From Raja brachyura (taxonomy: Eukaryota): DNA of 64,000 nt. How positions within the stretch are numbered: position 1 is the stretch's first letter; each line of letters begins with the position of its first letter. The position numbers and the translations under genes are program-made. Of this stretch, positions 13,349-26,330 are shown in pieces. The notes beneath the pieces are model-generated. The model searched no databases, had not been told where the DNA came from, and saw only the letters and a program-made list of their open reading frames with translations. The DNA lies in NCBI GenBank assembly GCA_963514005.1, contig OY740790.1, forward strand, positions 53,816,001 through 53,880,000, read 5' to 3'.

Positions 13349-15754
13349 GCTCTGCACAAAGGATCAGAGGTCATTTATCACATCCCCAGGATATCACCTC
13401 AGGGCATTCTCAGGGCAGTGTCCTAGGGCTAATCAACATTAGCGGCTTCTGGTATGGGCTGAAAAGTGGCAGGTAACATTTATACACAAAAGTGGCAGCA
13501 GTGACCATTTCCTCCAATGAGACAAAACACCCATCCTTGGCATTCAAAGGCATTACAATCATTGAATCCCCCACTAAAAATAACAAAGCCACTTTCAATG
13601 GGATTTAAGGGCGTATCCAACAGATGTTCCAACATCATAAAGCAGCAATTTGTAGACTATATGAAATATTCTGCTACGTTATTACATCTTTGCTTTACAA
13701 ATAAAAGCATAGAATTCAAAAGGAAACAAATCAGGTGTTTAAATATTTCCCATTTGTTCCAGTCTGAAAAAGGATCCCAGTCTCAAATGTGACTGTCCAT
13801 TCTCTCCACAGATGCTGCCCAACCTGTTGAATTCCTCCTGAAATTTTGTTTTGCTCAGGCTTCTAGCATCTACAATTCCTTGTGTTTCCATTTTCAATTT
13901 GTCACCATTCCACAGACAGTCGTGTCCAATTTTTTGATAGTATGCAACATTCCCCAGATAAAATTGCAACTAAGTAACTGGAAGTAGTTAATTAACAGAT
14001 CTGTGAGTGAACTTCACTCCAAGACTGGCCTGTTTTACCAAATTCCCAGGAAGAACATTTCAAAGCCATGACTACTTAATACAAAACAAACCCTAATATA
14101 AGGTAAAGGCTAAGGCGGTGTATACATGGCATCATGGAAACATGGGAATGGTTATTCCTGAAATTTAATTGCAGTTTATTTGGTCCAGTACTAAAATAAT
14201 AAATGAACTGCTTTAAATACAAGACTGTAGAAATTATGAGGTTGAGAAAGCTCACATAAACAATATTGAATAACTGTAATAGATCATAAGATAATAATCG
14301 CTTTAATGCATTAATCTGATAACACGCACAAGAGTGGTCGAAAATTGTCCAAAATATAGAGCAATGAAGATATTTCAGGCAATTATAATTTATATTGCCG
14401 AGCATGTGAACTGATTCATTTATTTCTTTTGGAGTCTTGTTTAATGGGGAGGTGGTCGATCATGATGTCATATAAGGCCAATGTAAATGATTTGTGAGGC
14501 TATTCACACTGAACAATTAATGATTGTGATGTAGTCAATGTGTTGATCAGGTGGTGAGTTGTTTATAAATCAGCAATTTGGCTCAGGAGATATGACAGTG
14601 TAACTGTAGCATCATTATGTTCATTGTGACTAAATTGCAGCAGTGCAAAGCTTTGTTTCTATAAAACATTGAAGGATTTATGCAAAACATTAATTAATCA
14701 CCTGATAGTCAGAAGCAGACTCTTTAGATGTCTGTAATTTCATTCATAGTTTGTTAGTTCTACATAAATCAACCATTGTCCCATTTTATAGTTGGAAGAA
14801 TATCCCTTCTAGTTTGACATCATTAGTTATTGATAGTTTTAATTTTATGAGTCTCTATTCAAATTGACTCTATTTTGGTCCTATCATTACCATGTCTATT
14901 GAAAACATGTTCCATACCTTGATGCCCTTTGCCATTCATGCAAGAAAATTCTTCATTATAATATCATTATTGTGTATCTATCCCAAAATAATATGCATGG
15001 TTAATGGCAAGTTCTGTGTGATATTAAATACTGTTTAGCTTAAGTAGCCAAACAACAAAATAAGCCATTTCAAACTGTATTTTAAACAGATCTAATTTGT
15101 AAAAATCTCTGAACTGACACATTCTTGATCACATTTCAAGTGGTGTTGGCATCCTAACCACCTAAGATGATCAGGCATCCAAATAAGACCAAGATTCCAG
15201 TTTCAATTTATGCTGTTGCCTTTTGAAATCATGTTCTAACGCCAAATTGTCTTAGGTCCATTTCTCAGTGTTCCCTCAGTTAAACTGACTTTTAATCAGT
15301 AAATAGATTTCAATTTAATTTGTCCATGGATATTTGTTATCCTTGGCAGAAAAAGCTAATTCTTTGCAGAATGATATCTTCAATGAAATAAATCAAATCA
15401 GCATTTAGAAAGGAGAAGATTATCAAATATTCCAATGGATACCTCAAGCTCTTTCAGGGATGATAATTTTTCTTTAGCTATCCTTTTTAGGGTGCTATTT
15501 CTTCAAATGCTATTTCCTGTCAGAAACCATTTCTACTGTTTCAACTATTAATACCATATTTTTTGTTGTAATTCATATTTGATCCTAAAATATATTTTAA
15601 AATATACTGTGATTGACCATTTGTACCAAATCATCTGTTTGGGTACTGTGCATCTTGTGTATGAACATGCCAATAAACGTTACAACATTGAAGGCACTCT
15701 TTGTTTTCAATTGAACATTTATCTAAATCGACATTAATCTTGTGTTACATTTTC

Positions 15755-16282
15755 GTAAGTTCATTAGTCATTGGAGCAGAAGTAGGCCATTCAGCCCATT
15801 GAGTCTTCCCCACCATTTGATAATGGCAGATCTATATTTCCCTCTCAACCCCATTCTCCGGCCTTCTCCCCATAATCCTTTAAATCCTTACCAATCAAGA
15901 ATCTGTCAATCTTCCCCTTAAAAATACCCAATTACTTGGCATGTACAGCTGTATGTGGCAATGAATTTCATAGATTCGCCACCCTCTGACTGAAGAAATT
16001 CCTCCTCATCTCCTTTCTAAAGGTACGTCCTTTCATTCTGAACTATGCCTTCTAATTCTAGACTCTCCCACTAGTGGAAACATCCTCTCCACATCCACTC
16101 TATCCAGGCCTTTCACTATTCGGTAAGTTTCAATGAAGTCCCCGGGATGGGAGATTGCAACCTTCACGTGGTCCGCCCTATTTCGACGAATGCAATCAAC
16201 CTGGCGTGCACAATCAAATAAGATCAAATAGAACAAGTTGTCACACAACTTTAGGCTGTGCACCCTCATCCTTCTAAACTCA
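15755..16282 (-). mobile_element. CR1 LINE 3' end with a short insert at 16144-16262
   Basis: GDFIETYRIVKGLDRVDVERMFPLVGESRIRRHS; the CR1 sequence resumes after the insert (ccctcatccttctaaactc). Confidence 0.85.
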
Positions 16283-17039
16283 AAACTTTTGACTAGAGGT
16301 GACAATCTCAGTCAACTGAACTATGTTCAAATCATTGCAAGTGAATCATCTCAATAATGTGGCACTTGCACAAATTCAATCATTAGACTCCAAGTAAAAT
16401 AAAATGGACTCAGCTAACCACTATTTAAAACACACAAAAATATTAAAATGTACAATTACAAAATACTCAAATGTACGCCATGTTAATCCACTCTACATAG
16501 TTCAACACAAACCCCAATGTAAACACAAACATCATAAAGTAAAACTGTATGGTTCCAGGGTTCAGAGCATCTTGCTACACTGCAAATATGTGTAATAATG
16601 CATTCCGATAAAGTGTCCACAGTTCACTGACTAACTAATATCTGGTGTCCAATCAAAAGGTAAATTTGAACCTTTGGGTGAGCTACATTCTGGATATATT
16701 AGTAAATGAGATCCCAAAGCAACATCCAGTCCAGTTGCAATGTACCGCTGCACAGCATCACATCTGTGATAATGCAATACAAACAGAAAGTACTCTGTGT
16801 ATGAGACAGTATTAGTGAAGAGGAAAATATCTTTACCTTTCACCAGAACTCAAATAAGCTTTTCTCTCTATAGACATTTCATTTGTCTTCGGAGTTTCAT
16901 ATTTATAAATTAGATTTAAAGCAATTTCAAAATTCTACATTACATAATATCCATTAAAAAAAAACAGTCCTCTAATTGCTGTGGGCAGTGTTCCTCTGAC
17001 CTTTCTGTTTTCATCCTACCTGCTGTATTCTTCCTGGAG

Positions 17040-17342
17040 CTTTGATTGAATTGATTGATTGAAAGATACAGTGTGCAAATGGACCCTTCAGCCCACTGAG
17101 TCCACACTGGGACATTGATCACCCTTTCACACTAGATCTAGGTTGTCCCACTTTAGCATCAACTCCCTGCATGCTAGAAGAAATTTACAGAGGCCACATA
17201 CCTTTGGGATGTGTGAGTTGGACTGGAGACCCAGAGGAAACCCACATGGTCACTAGGAGAATGAACCAAATCTGCACAGACACCACCCGAGGCCAGGCCT
17301 CTGGTGCAGTGAGACAGCAGTTCTAGCCGCTGTGCCACTGCT
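17040..17342 (-). mobile_element. HE1-like V-SINE (diverged)
   Basis: Reverse complement of the SINE head, core and tail; (ttga)n tail. Confidence 0.75.
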
Positions 17343-19279
17343 GTCCGTTGCTGATTCCAAATTGAAAAACATGATAAACTCTTTCACTGTAACTCCTTGG
17401 TCTAAATCAATCTGGATCCCAAAATATCAGAATTCTTATTACCAATGTCATTTCTCAATTATTCACAAGTTCACAAGGTATAGGAGTGGAATTAGGCCAT
17501 TCGACCCATCGAGTCTACTCCACTATTCAATTATGGCTGATCTCTGCCTCCTAATCCCATTTTCCTGCCTTCCCCACATAAACCTTGACACCCGTTCTAA
17601 TCAAGAATTTGTCTATCTCTGCCTTAAAAATATCCACTGACTTGGCCTCCACAGCCCTCTGTGGCAATGAGTCCCACATTACATAAACATTTTAAGCCCA
17701 AAATTACATTACATCCAGTTTTCCTTTCTTCGTAGTCCACATGATAGTATCTATATTTAATATTAATGTCACTTTAACTCCTCAAATTTGCTCCACAATA
17801 TCTCAACACATACAACAGTCCAATGGAAGTCAAATCTAATATTATAAATCTCGAAATCTTGCGGAAAGATGTCTTTCGAGCACTACAGAATAAAATGGAT
17901 CTATTAAAATATGGTGACATGGTGGGTGAGAAATGTCGGTGGTAAAGTTAGTTATTTTTATTTTTAGATTTATAAGTAGATGAAAACATGGTATGGGTGA
18001 GAGACAGAAAAAAATATCTTTAGTGAGTTGCAGCAAAGGTTTTGGAGTACAGTTTCTTTGTCACATCATCATAGAAACTCAACATTGATTTTTTTGGATT
18101 GGAAGCAATGAAAAATGACTCCTGTGCTGGTTTCAAACTTGCAACATTCCCGTTGTAAAGTTGCAGTAATCTTTTTTTAGATCTTCACCGAAGTCAAAGC
18201 TGTAAATCAACATTTTATTCATTAAGAATAGAAAATGTTTTACAATCTGTAATAAACCAACCCAGAAGCTTGGATATTAGCAAGGTAATAAGGCAAACAT
18301 CAGATTACGACACGGTATGATACGATAGAACTTTATTTATCCAAGGAGGGAAATTGATTTGCCTACAGTCATAAAAGCACAAAAACACAAATACATGAAA
18401 CATGAAATTAATGTGATGAGTTGAAAGGCTTGGGGTGGCATGCAAAGATTGGAAGGGGGGGGGGGGGGGGTGGTTGGGGGTAGTTAAGCTCAGTCTATTC
18501 TTACACCTAGTAAAATTTAGCCGTGAATTGTTTACATTTTTATATATATTGAGAATTATTATACTATTAGACCGGAAAGTAGTGTTTAATTGTTACATTC
18601 TAATAGCATTTCCTGTTATAGGATAAATAATATAGTTGGTTTGATACATTGGAATCATGAAAACAATTGTTAAAATGGTATGGACAGCAACATGTCGATT
18701 CGAAATGTCACCCATTCCTTCATCCAGAGATGCTGCCTGTCCTGCTGAGTTGCTCCGGCATTTTGTGTCTATCTTTGGCATAAACCAGCATCTGCAGTAA
18801 CTTACTACACTTTAAATCCACTCCATACTGATGCTGGATGTCTCCAAGTCCACTGTGGTTCTCAGTAGCTACATATAAAACCTCAAATACTTCATTAGAA
18901 ATCTGACAAAGAGGCAGGTGAAATGATTGGTCTGCTATATTAAGGACAGCACATTGGGGAGTGACCTTTCAGAGTTGAATCACGTTGGTAAAGTGGAGAG
19001 ATCTGTCCTCTTCATCCATCAGTGTTGCGCTTGACTTTGACCTTGGTATACTTAACAATGACACTGGGTGATGTTTGAAAACAAAATCTTTTAATTTCCT
19101 AGGAGTAACATCGTTCACCTTGAGCACAAGAAGAAAGTCAGGAAATCACACCTGGATCAGCAGGATATTTATTGGTAACTATGTGTATTCCACTGTATAA
19201 CGAGACAACTGGCCTACCTGCAGAATTTGGCCAAATTCCTGATTAATTTTTGGCCAATAAATGGTAGATTGTACTAATG

Positions 19280-20126
19280 TTTAGATTAGTTTAATGGAAA
19301 CAGGCCCTTCAGCCCACCGAGTCCACACCAACCGCTGATTCCCGCACACTAACAATATCCTACACACACAAAGGACAATTTATACTTATACCAAGCATAG
19401 AAACATAGAAAATAAGTGCCGGAGTAGGCCATTCATCCCATCGAGCCTGCACCGCCATTCAATATGATCATGGCTGATCATCCAACTCAGTATCCCGTAC
19501 CTGCCTTCTCTCCATGCCCCCTGATCCCCTTGGCCACAAGGGCCACATCTAACTCCCTCTTAAATATAGCCAATGAACTGGCCTCAACTACCTTCTGTGG
19601 CAGAGAATTCCAGAGATTTACCACTCTGCGTGAAAAATGTTTTTCTCATTTCGGTCCTAAAAGACTTCCCCCTTATCCTTAAACTGTGACCCCTTGTTCT
19701 GGACTTCCCCAACATCGGGAACAATCTTCCTGCATCTAGCCTGTCCAACCCCTTAAGAATTTTGTACGTTTCTATAAGATCCCCGCTCAATCTTCTAGAT
19801 TCTAGCGAGTACATGCCGAGTCTATCCAGTCTTTCTTCATATGAAAATCCTGACATCCCAGGAATCAGTCTGGTGAACCTTCTCTGTACTCCCTCTATGG
19901 CAAGACTGTCTTTTCTCAGATTAGGAGACCAAAATTGTACGCAATTTGCTTACAAAGCTGTATGTCTTTGGAGTGTGGGATGAATCCAAAGATCCCGGAG
20001 AAAACCCAAGCAGGTCACGGGGAGAATATACAAACTCCATACAGGCAGCACCCGTAGTCGGGATCAAACCCGGGTCTCCGGAGCTGCAAGCACTGTAAGG
20101 CAGCAGTTCTACTGCTGCACCACCAT
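19280..20126 (-). mobile_element. HE1-like V-SINE split by a CR1 insertion
   Basis: SINE tail at 19280-19396 and SINE core/head at 19941-20126, on either side of the LINE fragment. Confidence 0.8.
19397..19940 (-). mobile_element. Young CR1/HER1-type LINE 3' end
   Basis: ORF 19856-19584 SYEERLDRLGMYSLESRRLSGDLIETYKILKGLDRLDAGRLFP...RTRGHSLRI is the typical CR1 ORF2 C-terminus; (tttctatg)n tail. Confidence 0.9.
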
Positions 20127-21677
20127 GATCCTGCCTAACATGATTTCCATTAAATTAGTTTATATATTAAAATTAGGCCACAACACACATTCATTGACTG
20201 GAGCAGATATTACTTCGAATGGATTTAAATGAAATCTAACAAGAGATGGTTATTCCATAATACAGTAATTATGTCAACGTTCAATTGATAACTATTGAAA
20301 TATAAACCATTGAAATAAAATGCTTTAGTTATTTTTATATTATGTTTAGGTCATATGTGTTGTTCATTGCCATTTCAGAGACCTTTTGTGCTGCAGATTT
20401 AGCATCTATGCAATGGGATTTCATTTTTCATCAATATATAGCTTAAATCTGGATTGAGATTCTAACCCGCCTCTAGAGTAAAGCTCGAGTGTGACTCCCT
20501 GGAGGGGCCACCTCATTACTTATGGTTTGACACTTAGTGGTGTATAAATCCAGTGCAGTGTACCTGATTTACAATGGGCACAGTGGTTCTGTGGTATCCC
20601 ATGGACAATTTGTAATCCTGCCCAAACAACTTTCATTTAAATGTTTAGAGGCCTGGTATCCTGCTTCCCAGACGGAAACATTTACTGTTTTAGAGAGAGT
20701 TCTAATGTGGTTGTATTCAGGAAAAGACAGGACAGTTAAATACCAGCCAGGCTGAAGGTGAGCAATATTAACAGAATTCTGCCTAGATGCTGCATTGAAG
20801 CTATTGGCCTTAATCTTTGCAACCGTTCTGTCAGATTAAGTATCGATGTTAAAAAAAGGTTAGAGGTGAGTGTTGTGGGCTAGTGTTTGTATTTGTTTTT
20901 GCTATTTTTTATGGTCTCACTAAATTTTTCTTACATAAGAATCTACAATACAGAAGTGACTTGCAGAAGTGCCAGTAAAAATCTTTAATTGTATTAAGGG
21001 GGTAACTTGGTCAACATGGACGAGTTGGGCCAAAGGGCCTGTTTCAGAGTTGTATGATTCATTGCCTCTATGTATTATTATGGAAAAGTCAGGTGGCCGT
21101 GCCAAATAAGAATTAAGTTCTATCAAAGCATTTCCTCATCACTAGCAGATCACAGATTTCCCTTTTTAATGTTCACTGGAGTTGGGTGGATCAAATATTT
21201 CAATAACTTGAAATAATGATTCAATTGTAAATTAGTGATATTCATTGTTCGTTTAGTTTAATGCTCGTTTTGTTTAGTTTAGTTTATTGTCACGTGTACC
21301 AAGGTACAGTGAAAAGTTTTTTTGTTGCATGCTATCCAGTCAGCCGAAAGATTATACATGATTACAATTAAGCCATCCACAGTTACTGATACAGGATAAA
21401 GGGAATTTATCATCAGAATCAAAGCAGGGTCTCTGGCACTGTCAGACATTGTCCTGAAATGATCCATTAATCAATATACGAAGGAATTATTAAACCAAAC
21501 GAGCACCATCCATGGTGTGCTTCTTTTATTCTGTTGAATTAGTGGTTGAGTTTCACAGAAATGTACATATTTATTGACAATAGTATTATTCTGTTGATAA
21601 ATAAAGATCAATTCCAAGAGGGATGTGTCCACAAAATTATATTCTAATTTCTACTCAATGAAATTGAATTGTCATTA

Positions 21678-21988
21678 TTTAGTTTAATTTAGAGATACAG
21701 CAGGGAAACAGGCCCTTCAGCCCACAGAGCCTGCACCGACCATTGTTCATCCATACTCTAGTTCCCAGTTTCGCATCCTACCCACTAAGGGCAATTTACA
21801 GAAGCCAATCAACCTACAAACCTATGTATCTTTGGAACATGGGAGGAAACCGGAGCACCTCGAGAAAACCCACGCGATCACAGGAATAACATACAAACTA
21901 TTTACAGATAGAAGCTGTAGTCAGAATCGAACCTGGGTCTCTGGTGCTGTAAGGCAGCAACTTTATTGCTGCACACTGTGCCGCCCCA
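21678..21988 (-). mobile_element. HE1-like V-SINE, near full length
   Basis: Minus strand begins ggggcggcacagtgtgcagc, has B-box ggttcgattc, the V-domain core and a (ctaaa)n tail. Confidence 0.85.
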
Positions 21989-22299
21989 TTGTTTTTCAAT
22001 AGTGCAATGGAATGACTAGTGTGGGAAACTTAAACTCGCAGCAGAAACAGAATATGTTTGTCACAAGCTAGGTTTATGCTCATAAGCCTTGAATTTAAGG
22101 CTTCTGTGAATATAATAAGGATGAAGGTGTTGGTGGCTTCCACAGGGAATGCCTGCCAAAAGTCTCAGATGACCTAAAATAGGAAAATAGCTTCATGTTA
22201 AGGATTTGGCAACTCCATCTTAATGAATGCAAATGGAAAAGTGATGCTGCAAGAAAATACTTTCCAATGTATTTTTAAAATAGAAAAAATATACATAAT

Positions 22300-22432
22300 G
22301 TCTCGGAAGGAACTGCAGGTGCTGGTTTATGCCAAAGATAGATACAAAATGCTGGAGTAACTCAGCAAGTCAGGCAGCATCTCTGGAGAAAAAGAATAGG
22401 TGATATTTTGGCTCAGAAGCCTTCTTCAGACT
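22300..22432 (-). mobile_element. Penelope-derived element, single arm
   Basis: ggaaggaactgcaggtgctgg...gctggagtaactcagc...ccttcttcagact. Confidence 0.7.
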
Positions 22433-22871
22433 ATATTTATACATCTATATAATTAAAAGTCTCATCTTGATCACTTCCTGTCTGCGCTGTATATTGATTT
22501 TAGAAAAAACGCTGCCCTGTATTGCTGTGAACTTTGGCCATCTTACTCACATTCCTCATCCGCTGAGCCATCCCTGAGGATTTTTCCCATCGATGAAAAA
22601 TTAAAAAGTTATGATTGTTTAAAAAACCCTGAGATCAGCTGATTGGTCCTCTTGCCTGTCAATCACCGCAATTAAGGTAACGCCCCTTCCAGGGGAGTGG
22701 GGGGGGGGGGGGGGGGGGAGGGGGGTGGGGGGGGTGGGGACAGTACTATAAAACCCAGGATGCCTGGACATGACTCAGTCACTCTGCAAGATCACGAGGG
22801 AGAGGCCACAACTGTCATTCTAAGCTGTGAGTCAACTGAACTGTGAGCCTGCAATGTACTTGCAATAAATG

Positions 22872-22994
22872 TTTAAGAAGGAACTGCAGATGCTGGAAAA
22901 TCAGACTGAAGAAGGGTATCGGCCCGGAACGTTGCTTATTTCCTTCGCTCCATAGATGCTGCTGCACCCGCTGAGTTTCTCCAGTACTTTTGTC
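22872..22994. mobile_element. Penelope-derived mini-element inserted in the putative Helitron
   Basis: Perfect 15-bp flanking repeat TACTTGCAATAAATG (22857-22871 and 22995-23009). Contains ctgaagaagggtatcggcccggaacgtt. Confidence 0.75.
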
Positions 22995-23024
22995 TACTTG
23001 CAATAAATGATTTATTGGCCCTTA

Positions 23025-23171
23025 ATGACAATGCCATGAGTTGTTTGGCCTGCTGCCCTGCCTGTGCTTGAAACTGCAATGCTTAATTGGAAATGAAATG
23101 AAATGAAATGAAATGACAATGCCATGTTTTGTTTGGCCTGCTGCCCTGCCAGTGCTTGAAACTGCAATGCT
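23025..23171. repeat. ~60-bp direct duplication separated by (GAAAT)n
   Basis: aatgacaatgccatg..tgtttggcctgctgccctgcc.gtgcttgaaactgcaatgctt occurs twice. Confidence 0.85.
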
Positions 23172-23306
23172 TTATTAGGAGGTCTGACTGTGTTTGGAAG
23201 GAATAAATGCTTTATTAGGTCCGACTGTATTTGGAAGGAATAAATGCTTTATTAGGTCCGACTGTGTTTTGAAGGAATAAATGCCTTATTAGGTCCAGCT
23301 GTGTTT
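23166..23306. repeat. 37-bp minisatellite, about 3.7 copies
   Basis: Unit aatgctttattaggtccgactgtgtttggaaggaata starts at 23166, 23206, 23243 and 23280. Confidence 0.9.
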
Positions 23307-23412
23307 AGTTCAAAAGTCTCGCTAATTTTGTGACTTCCGCATAGTGAACAGGTCACGCTGATTGCGTAATTTCCGGTGACTGCAGAGGCCGCACTCAGCC
23401 GTGCGAGTAGAT

Positions 23413-23589
23413 NNNNNNNNNNNNNNNNNNNNNNNNNNNNNNNNNNNNNNNNNNNNNNNNNNNNNNNNNNNNNNNNNNNNNNNNNNNNNNNNNNNNNNNN
23501 NNNNNNNNNNNNNNNNNNNNNNNNNNNNNNNNNNNNNNNNNNNNNNNNNNNNNNNNNNNNNNNNNNNNNNNNNNNNNNNNNNNNNNNNN
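23413..23589. other. Assembly gap
   Basis: Run of N. Confidence 1.
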
Positions 23590-23634
23590 GAGAGGTGGAA
23601 TATTGCGTTGGGGGACCAGCCCTTCCGTATGAAG

Positions 23635-23635
<1 letters not shown>

Positions 23636-23696
<61 letters not shown>
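23636..23696. repeat. (TA)n microsatellite
   Basis: Perfect TA run. Confidence 0.95.
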
Positions 23697-23698
<2 letters not shown>

Positions 23699-24689
23699 GT
23701 GTATATATGAATAGTCAGCTCCTATATGTATATATGTATAAATCCAGGTGCTGGAAACAATATACATAGTTTCCAGCACCTTAACATTACATAAGAACAC
23801 AACATGAGAAAATAGGAGCAGAGTAGACCATTTAGCCCATCAGGCTTGCCCCACCATTCATTCTGATCATGGCTGATCTATGCCAGCCTTAGTCCGCATA
23901 ACTCTCAATTAAAACATAAGGATTTTTTTTAATGAGGACTTCTGAAACATGGCAGTGATTTACATCTGCATAAAATGTGCAAAATGTTTGAAGTAGATTT
24001 CAGTGTTAAAATTGAATGTGCCCAGACAGTCCATTAGAATGTCCTTGGAATAAAGTTGTTAGTCAGGAAACAACAGGTTAGATGTAGTTTTATAAATTAT
24101 GTAATGCTTCACAGTTTTCCTCCATACTGAGTAGTTCTGGCATTTCAGAATTGACGTGAACACTGTAATGAAATTAATTAACTTTGTACGGTGGAAACCT
24201 GAGCAAAGTCACTTTATGGAGATAATCTCTCAACATTTTTATGATCACCCAAGATTTTTTTGACCTTCATTTTAGAACAACTCAAAGGAGCTGACTATTC
24301 ATTTGACAGTAAAACTTGAACTATTGTCCCATTGCTGTAGGACACAGCCCCTCACGTAATCCAGTTTGCCCTGCAGCAGAACAGTGCAGGGGCAGAATAA
24401 TTCAAGGTGCAGCTTTACTGTAACAGCGCTATTACCAACCACAACACTTCAGTGTCATTCAAGGGCTATTCAAGTGATGGGTCTATATATACAATTGCAC
24501 TTTTCCCTAATTTTAGGTGGATTTATTCTGTTTCTATGAGACAGGGATGAGAAGGGTTTTCTATTTATTGAGCCTAAGCCTATTGTGTTAATCTGGAGTC
24601 TGACTTTTGATCATGTAACGGAAAGATTTATGGGGCAAAGAATCTTATTATTTCCATCCCATAGAGAGGTCAGACCATGATTTGGATCC

Positions 24690-26330
24690 AAACAATCACT
24701 GGAGAGTGTGAAAGGAAAATTGTACTTAATAGCTTTATTAGAATTCCCTGCATATGTAATTTACCAGGATGGGTGAATGGGTGCAGTAGATTTTGATTTC
24801 TAAAATGCACAAATGCTATCTAAAAGCTATGGCAAGTGATACAAATTTATGGGGCTGACATATTAACGGTGAGACAATTGGTTGACAGAAATCTAAAAAC
24901 AGGTGTAAAAGGGCCATTTCAAGTTGGCACATTGCAAACAGTGCCGTCCTCTAAGGGTAACTAATGGGCATCAGCCATTCAGGTCTTTATGATAAGGAGT
25001 AGGAAGCTAATATAATAATCAAAATTTACTAACAATACAAAGAGAATTATAGAATCATCGTGTTACACCGCATGTAAACAAGGCCTTTGGCACAACTTGA
25101 CCATGCCAACCAAAGTGCCTACCTGAGATAATTGCATTTGCCTGCATGTGGCTCATAACCCCCAAACATTTCCTATCCACAAACCATCCAGAGACTTTTA
25201 AATGTTTAAATACTACCTGCCCCAGCCAGTTTCTCTGGCAGCTCATTCAAAATGCCCACTAACCTCCATGTGGAAAACATACTTAATTGGGTATCCTTTA
25301 AATCATTCCTCTCTCACTTTAACCCCATGCCTTCTAGGTTTAGATTTCCCAATATTGGGGGGAAAATAGTGACAATCCATCTTATCTCTGACACTTCTGG
25401 TTCTATAAACCTCGATAAGATCACCCTATAGACTCCTTTGCTCCTGGGAAAACAGTTCCCAGACTCTCCAGTCTCTCCTTATATCTCAAACCCTCCAATC
25501 CCAGCAACTTCTTTGTTAAATTTTGTCTGCAACCTTTCTAGCTTAATCACGTCCTTCCTATAATATGATGACTAAAACTCACACAATATTTTGGATGCGG
25601 TCTCATCAATGTTCTATACAACTGTAACATGATATCACAACTCCAGTACTCAGTGCCCTGAATGTTGAATAATTCTACATGCCATCTTCACCACCCTGTC
25701 TACCTGTGCCACCATTTTCAGACAACTATGTACTTGTACCTTTAATTATTGCTGTTCTATATGCCCAGTGTCCTATCAGTTACTGGTGCAATCCTGCACT
25801 GGTTTTAGTTTTCTAAAATGCATCGCTTTGCACTTGTCTGAGTTAAATTCTATCTACCATTCCATCGTCCACCTTCTTTTAGTTGATCTAGATACTATTG
25901 CACAACCTTTCTACACTGTCCACCACATCACCAATTTTGGTTCATCCGTAAACTTACTAATCGTGCCTCCGACATTCTTGTCCAATACATTCATACATAT
26001 CACAGAGGTGGGAAAGTAGGTTATGAGGATGACACACTTTGTGAAGAAAAGTAGTTGGGTTAAGTGAGTAGGTAAAGAGATAGCAGATGGAATAAACACG
26101 GAACTTTGCAGTATATACCTTGGTAGGAAGAACAAAAAAACACTAATACCATTTGGTGTAAGACTAGGAAGTTATTGTTTAGAAGTAGTATTCTTGTTGA
26201 AGATACACAAAGCTGGTACCACGAGCAATTATGATGTAAAGCAAATGGATTGTGGGCCCTTATTGCAGGGAGGGAATGGACTAACAAAGCAATGAAGCCT
26301 TGCTCAACAGTACAAGGGTTCAGTGAACTC
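24690..26330. mobile_element. Composite CR1 RT fragments (minus-strand copy 25050-26010 within plus-strand remnants)
   Basis: Minus strand ..ICMNVLDKNVGGTISKFTDEPKL.. is a degenerate FADD RT motif; flanking plus-strand pieces also resemble CR1 RT. Confidence 0.75.

Larger units (their letters stand above)
22444..23412 (+). mobile_element. Candidate non-autonomous Helitron (3' end not resolved, runs into a gap)
   Basis: Begins A|TCTATATAATTAAAAG, a Helitron-like 5' terminus, and has internal minisatellites. No CTRR 3' end is seen. Confidence 0.45.

Noticed and set aside
23166-23306. 37-bp repeats as a CRISPR array
   Set aside because: Head-to-tail units with no unique spacers, no cas genes and a eukaryotic context.
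23252-23800. ORFs spanning N-runs (also 41620-42004 and 52188-52661)
   Set aside because: Artefacts of assembly gaps and microsatellites.
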